Positions 62,663-64,000 of a stretch of 64,000 nucleotides of DNA are shown piece after piece (the stretch's first letter is position 1; each line of letters begins with the position of its first letter). This stretch comes from Octopus vulgaris (taxonomy: Eukaryota), in assembly GCA_951406725.2 (NCBI GenBank), contig OX597836.1, forward strand, positions 48,422,001-48,486,000, in the 5' to 3' direction. Below the pieces are notes generated by a model, which saw only the letters and a list, made by a program, of their open reading frames with translations, had not been told where the DNA came from and did not search any database. A program made the translations under genes and the position numbers.

Positions 62663-62850
62663 AAAGGAGATTGGAATAGAATACCCTGTAGAGCTTCTAC
62701 AGAAAGTTTGCCTCTTAGGGCAGGGAAGATTATCAGGTGGGGCCTTAGCACTTGAAAGACTATTGAGAGATTGTGAATACCTAAAGTTACAGGTAGTGAC
62801 CCACTACTCATGTAAAGTCTATCAGGAATAAGAATGAACCCAAGTCAAAT
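62663..62850 (+). mobile_element. R4/Dong-like RLE LINE 3' fragment
   Basis: KEIGIEYPVELLQKVCLLG.. plus the shared 3'UTR, flanked by (TAA)n. Confidence 0.72.
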
Positions 62851-64000
62851 CAATGATAATAATAATTAATAATTGTGCCACTGTTTAATGTCCACTTTTC
62901 CCTGCTTGCATGGGTGAAATGGAATTGACTGAGGCAGATTTTCTATGGCCAGAGAATGTTTTTCTAGGGAAAAACTGGAAATAAACAATTTCACTTGTGT
63001 GATGGTGGTGCTTGTTTTCAACCATCAGGTGATGTCAGGACAAATGTACACACACACACACACACACACACAATGAGCTTCTTTCAGTTTCTGTGTATCA
63101 AATCCACTCCACAAACTTTGGTTGTCTGGGGCCAAAGTAGAAGGCACCTGCCCAAGGTGTTATGCAATGGGACTGAACCAAACAGTACACAGCTGAAAGG
63201 CAATCCTCTCAACCACACAGCCACGACTGCACTGACTGACAGAAAGGTCTTCTGACTGTTAATCTCACTGACACTGTTTGTACAGTTTGCTTAGCAAAAG
63301 ATGCTGTGAATGGTTTCCTCTCTGTTCATGGTGATCTGCTTGTCGTGTATACAGATTTACATTCTTTGGCTGGAATTGACTCCACAAATCTTGAATTTGT
63401 ACAAACTTCTAAAGCACTCATCCACTATGCCAACGACAGGTACAAATAATAACTCAACAGACAAGAATCTAATCAAACATTAAAGATAACAAATTTGGCA
63501 AAAAAAAAAAAATCAAAAACACATCATTCAGTAAGGTGGCGTCCATAAAGTCTTTGCAGCGCCTCTGAGATGGAATGCAGAAAGGTAAAAACTAACTGGA
63601 GGCTGGGTTTAGACGTTTGTAACAGAGTGGATTGATAAAATATGCAAGGGGCAGGCAAGGTAGCTGGATTAAACTGTATGACAGATTAAGCGAATCAAAT
63701 AAAGAACAGGTAGAATCCATTTGATAAGATTCCACAGAGTTTCTGCCAACCCAGTTTTCTTCACATGGCCAGAGGTGATGAAAGCTGATAGGAAAAAACA
63801 ATTGGCCAAGGTGCCATGCAATGGGATTGAACCTGGAACAAACTAATTCTACTTACTCTGGTAGACTACATTCTCGTATTCTTTTACTTGTTTGACTGCG
63901 GCCATGCTGGAGCACTGTCTTAAGTCAAACAAATCGACCCCAGGACTTATTCTATTAGTCACTTGTGCCGAACCACTAAGTTACAGGGACGTAAACACAC

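Noticed and set aside
63243-63440. About 65-codon open plus-strand frame bounded by AG and GT
   Set aside because: Weak polypyrimidine tract, no recognisable protein and no partner exons.
1-64000. CRISPR array, operons or other prokaryotic systems
   Set aside because: The sequence is eukaryotic, and the recurrent motifs are SINE/MITE copies rather than regularly spaced repeat-spacer units.

Overview
Eukaryotic genomic DNA, AT-rich and dense in microsatellites and SINEs. The repeat content looks like an octopus (coleoid cephalopod) genome, though this is my inference. Three intron-containing genes were reconstructed on the minus strand from GT-AG splice sites with consistent phases: the first two coding exons of EIF2B3 (running off the left edge), a complete 3-exon SAMD15-like gene (234 aa), and the last 11 exons of REXO1 (DEDDh RNA exonuclease, catalytic residues intact), whose 5' exons were not found. 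The rest is mostly transposon-derived: two tRNA-head SINE families, RTE/CR1/R4-Dong LINE fragments, a non-autonomous Helitron, a Helentron-type element, several MITE/foldback elements and Penelope-like ends. Three observations stand out. (1) A perfect 132-bp palindrome whose arms each fold as a type I hammerhead ribozyme. (2) A CpG/ETS/CCAAT promoter inside a 13.5-kb REXO1 intron with an in-phase Cys/His-rich alternative first exon. (3) A PHD-type zinc finger embedded within an RTE reverse transcriptase. There are no prokaryotic features or CRISPR arrays. All family assignments come from remembered motifs, not database searches.
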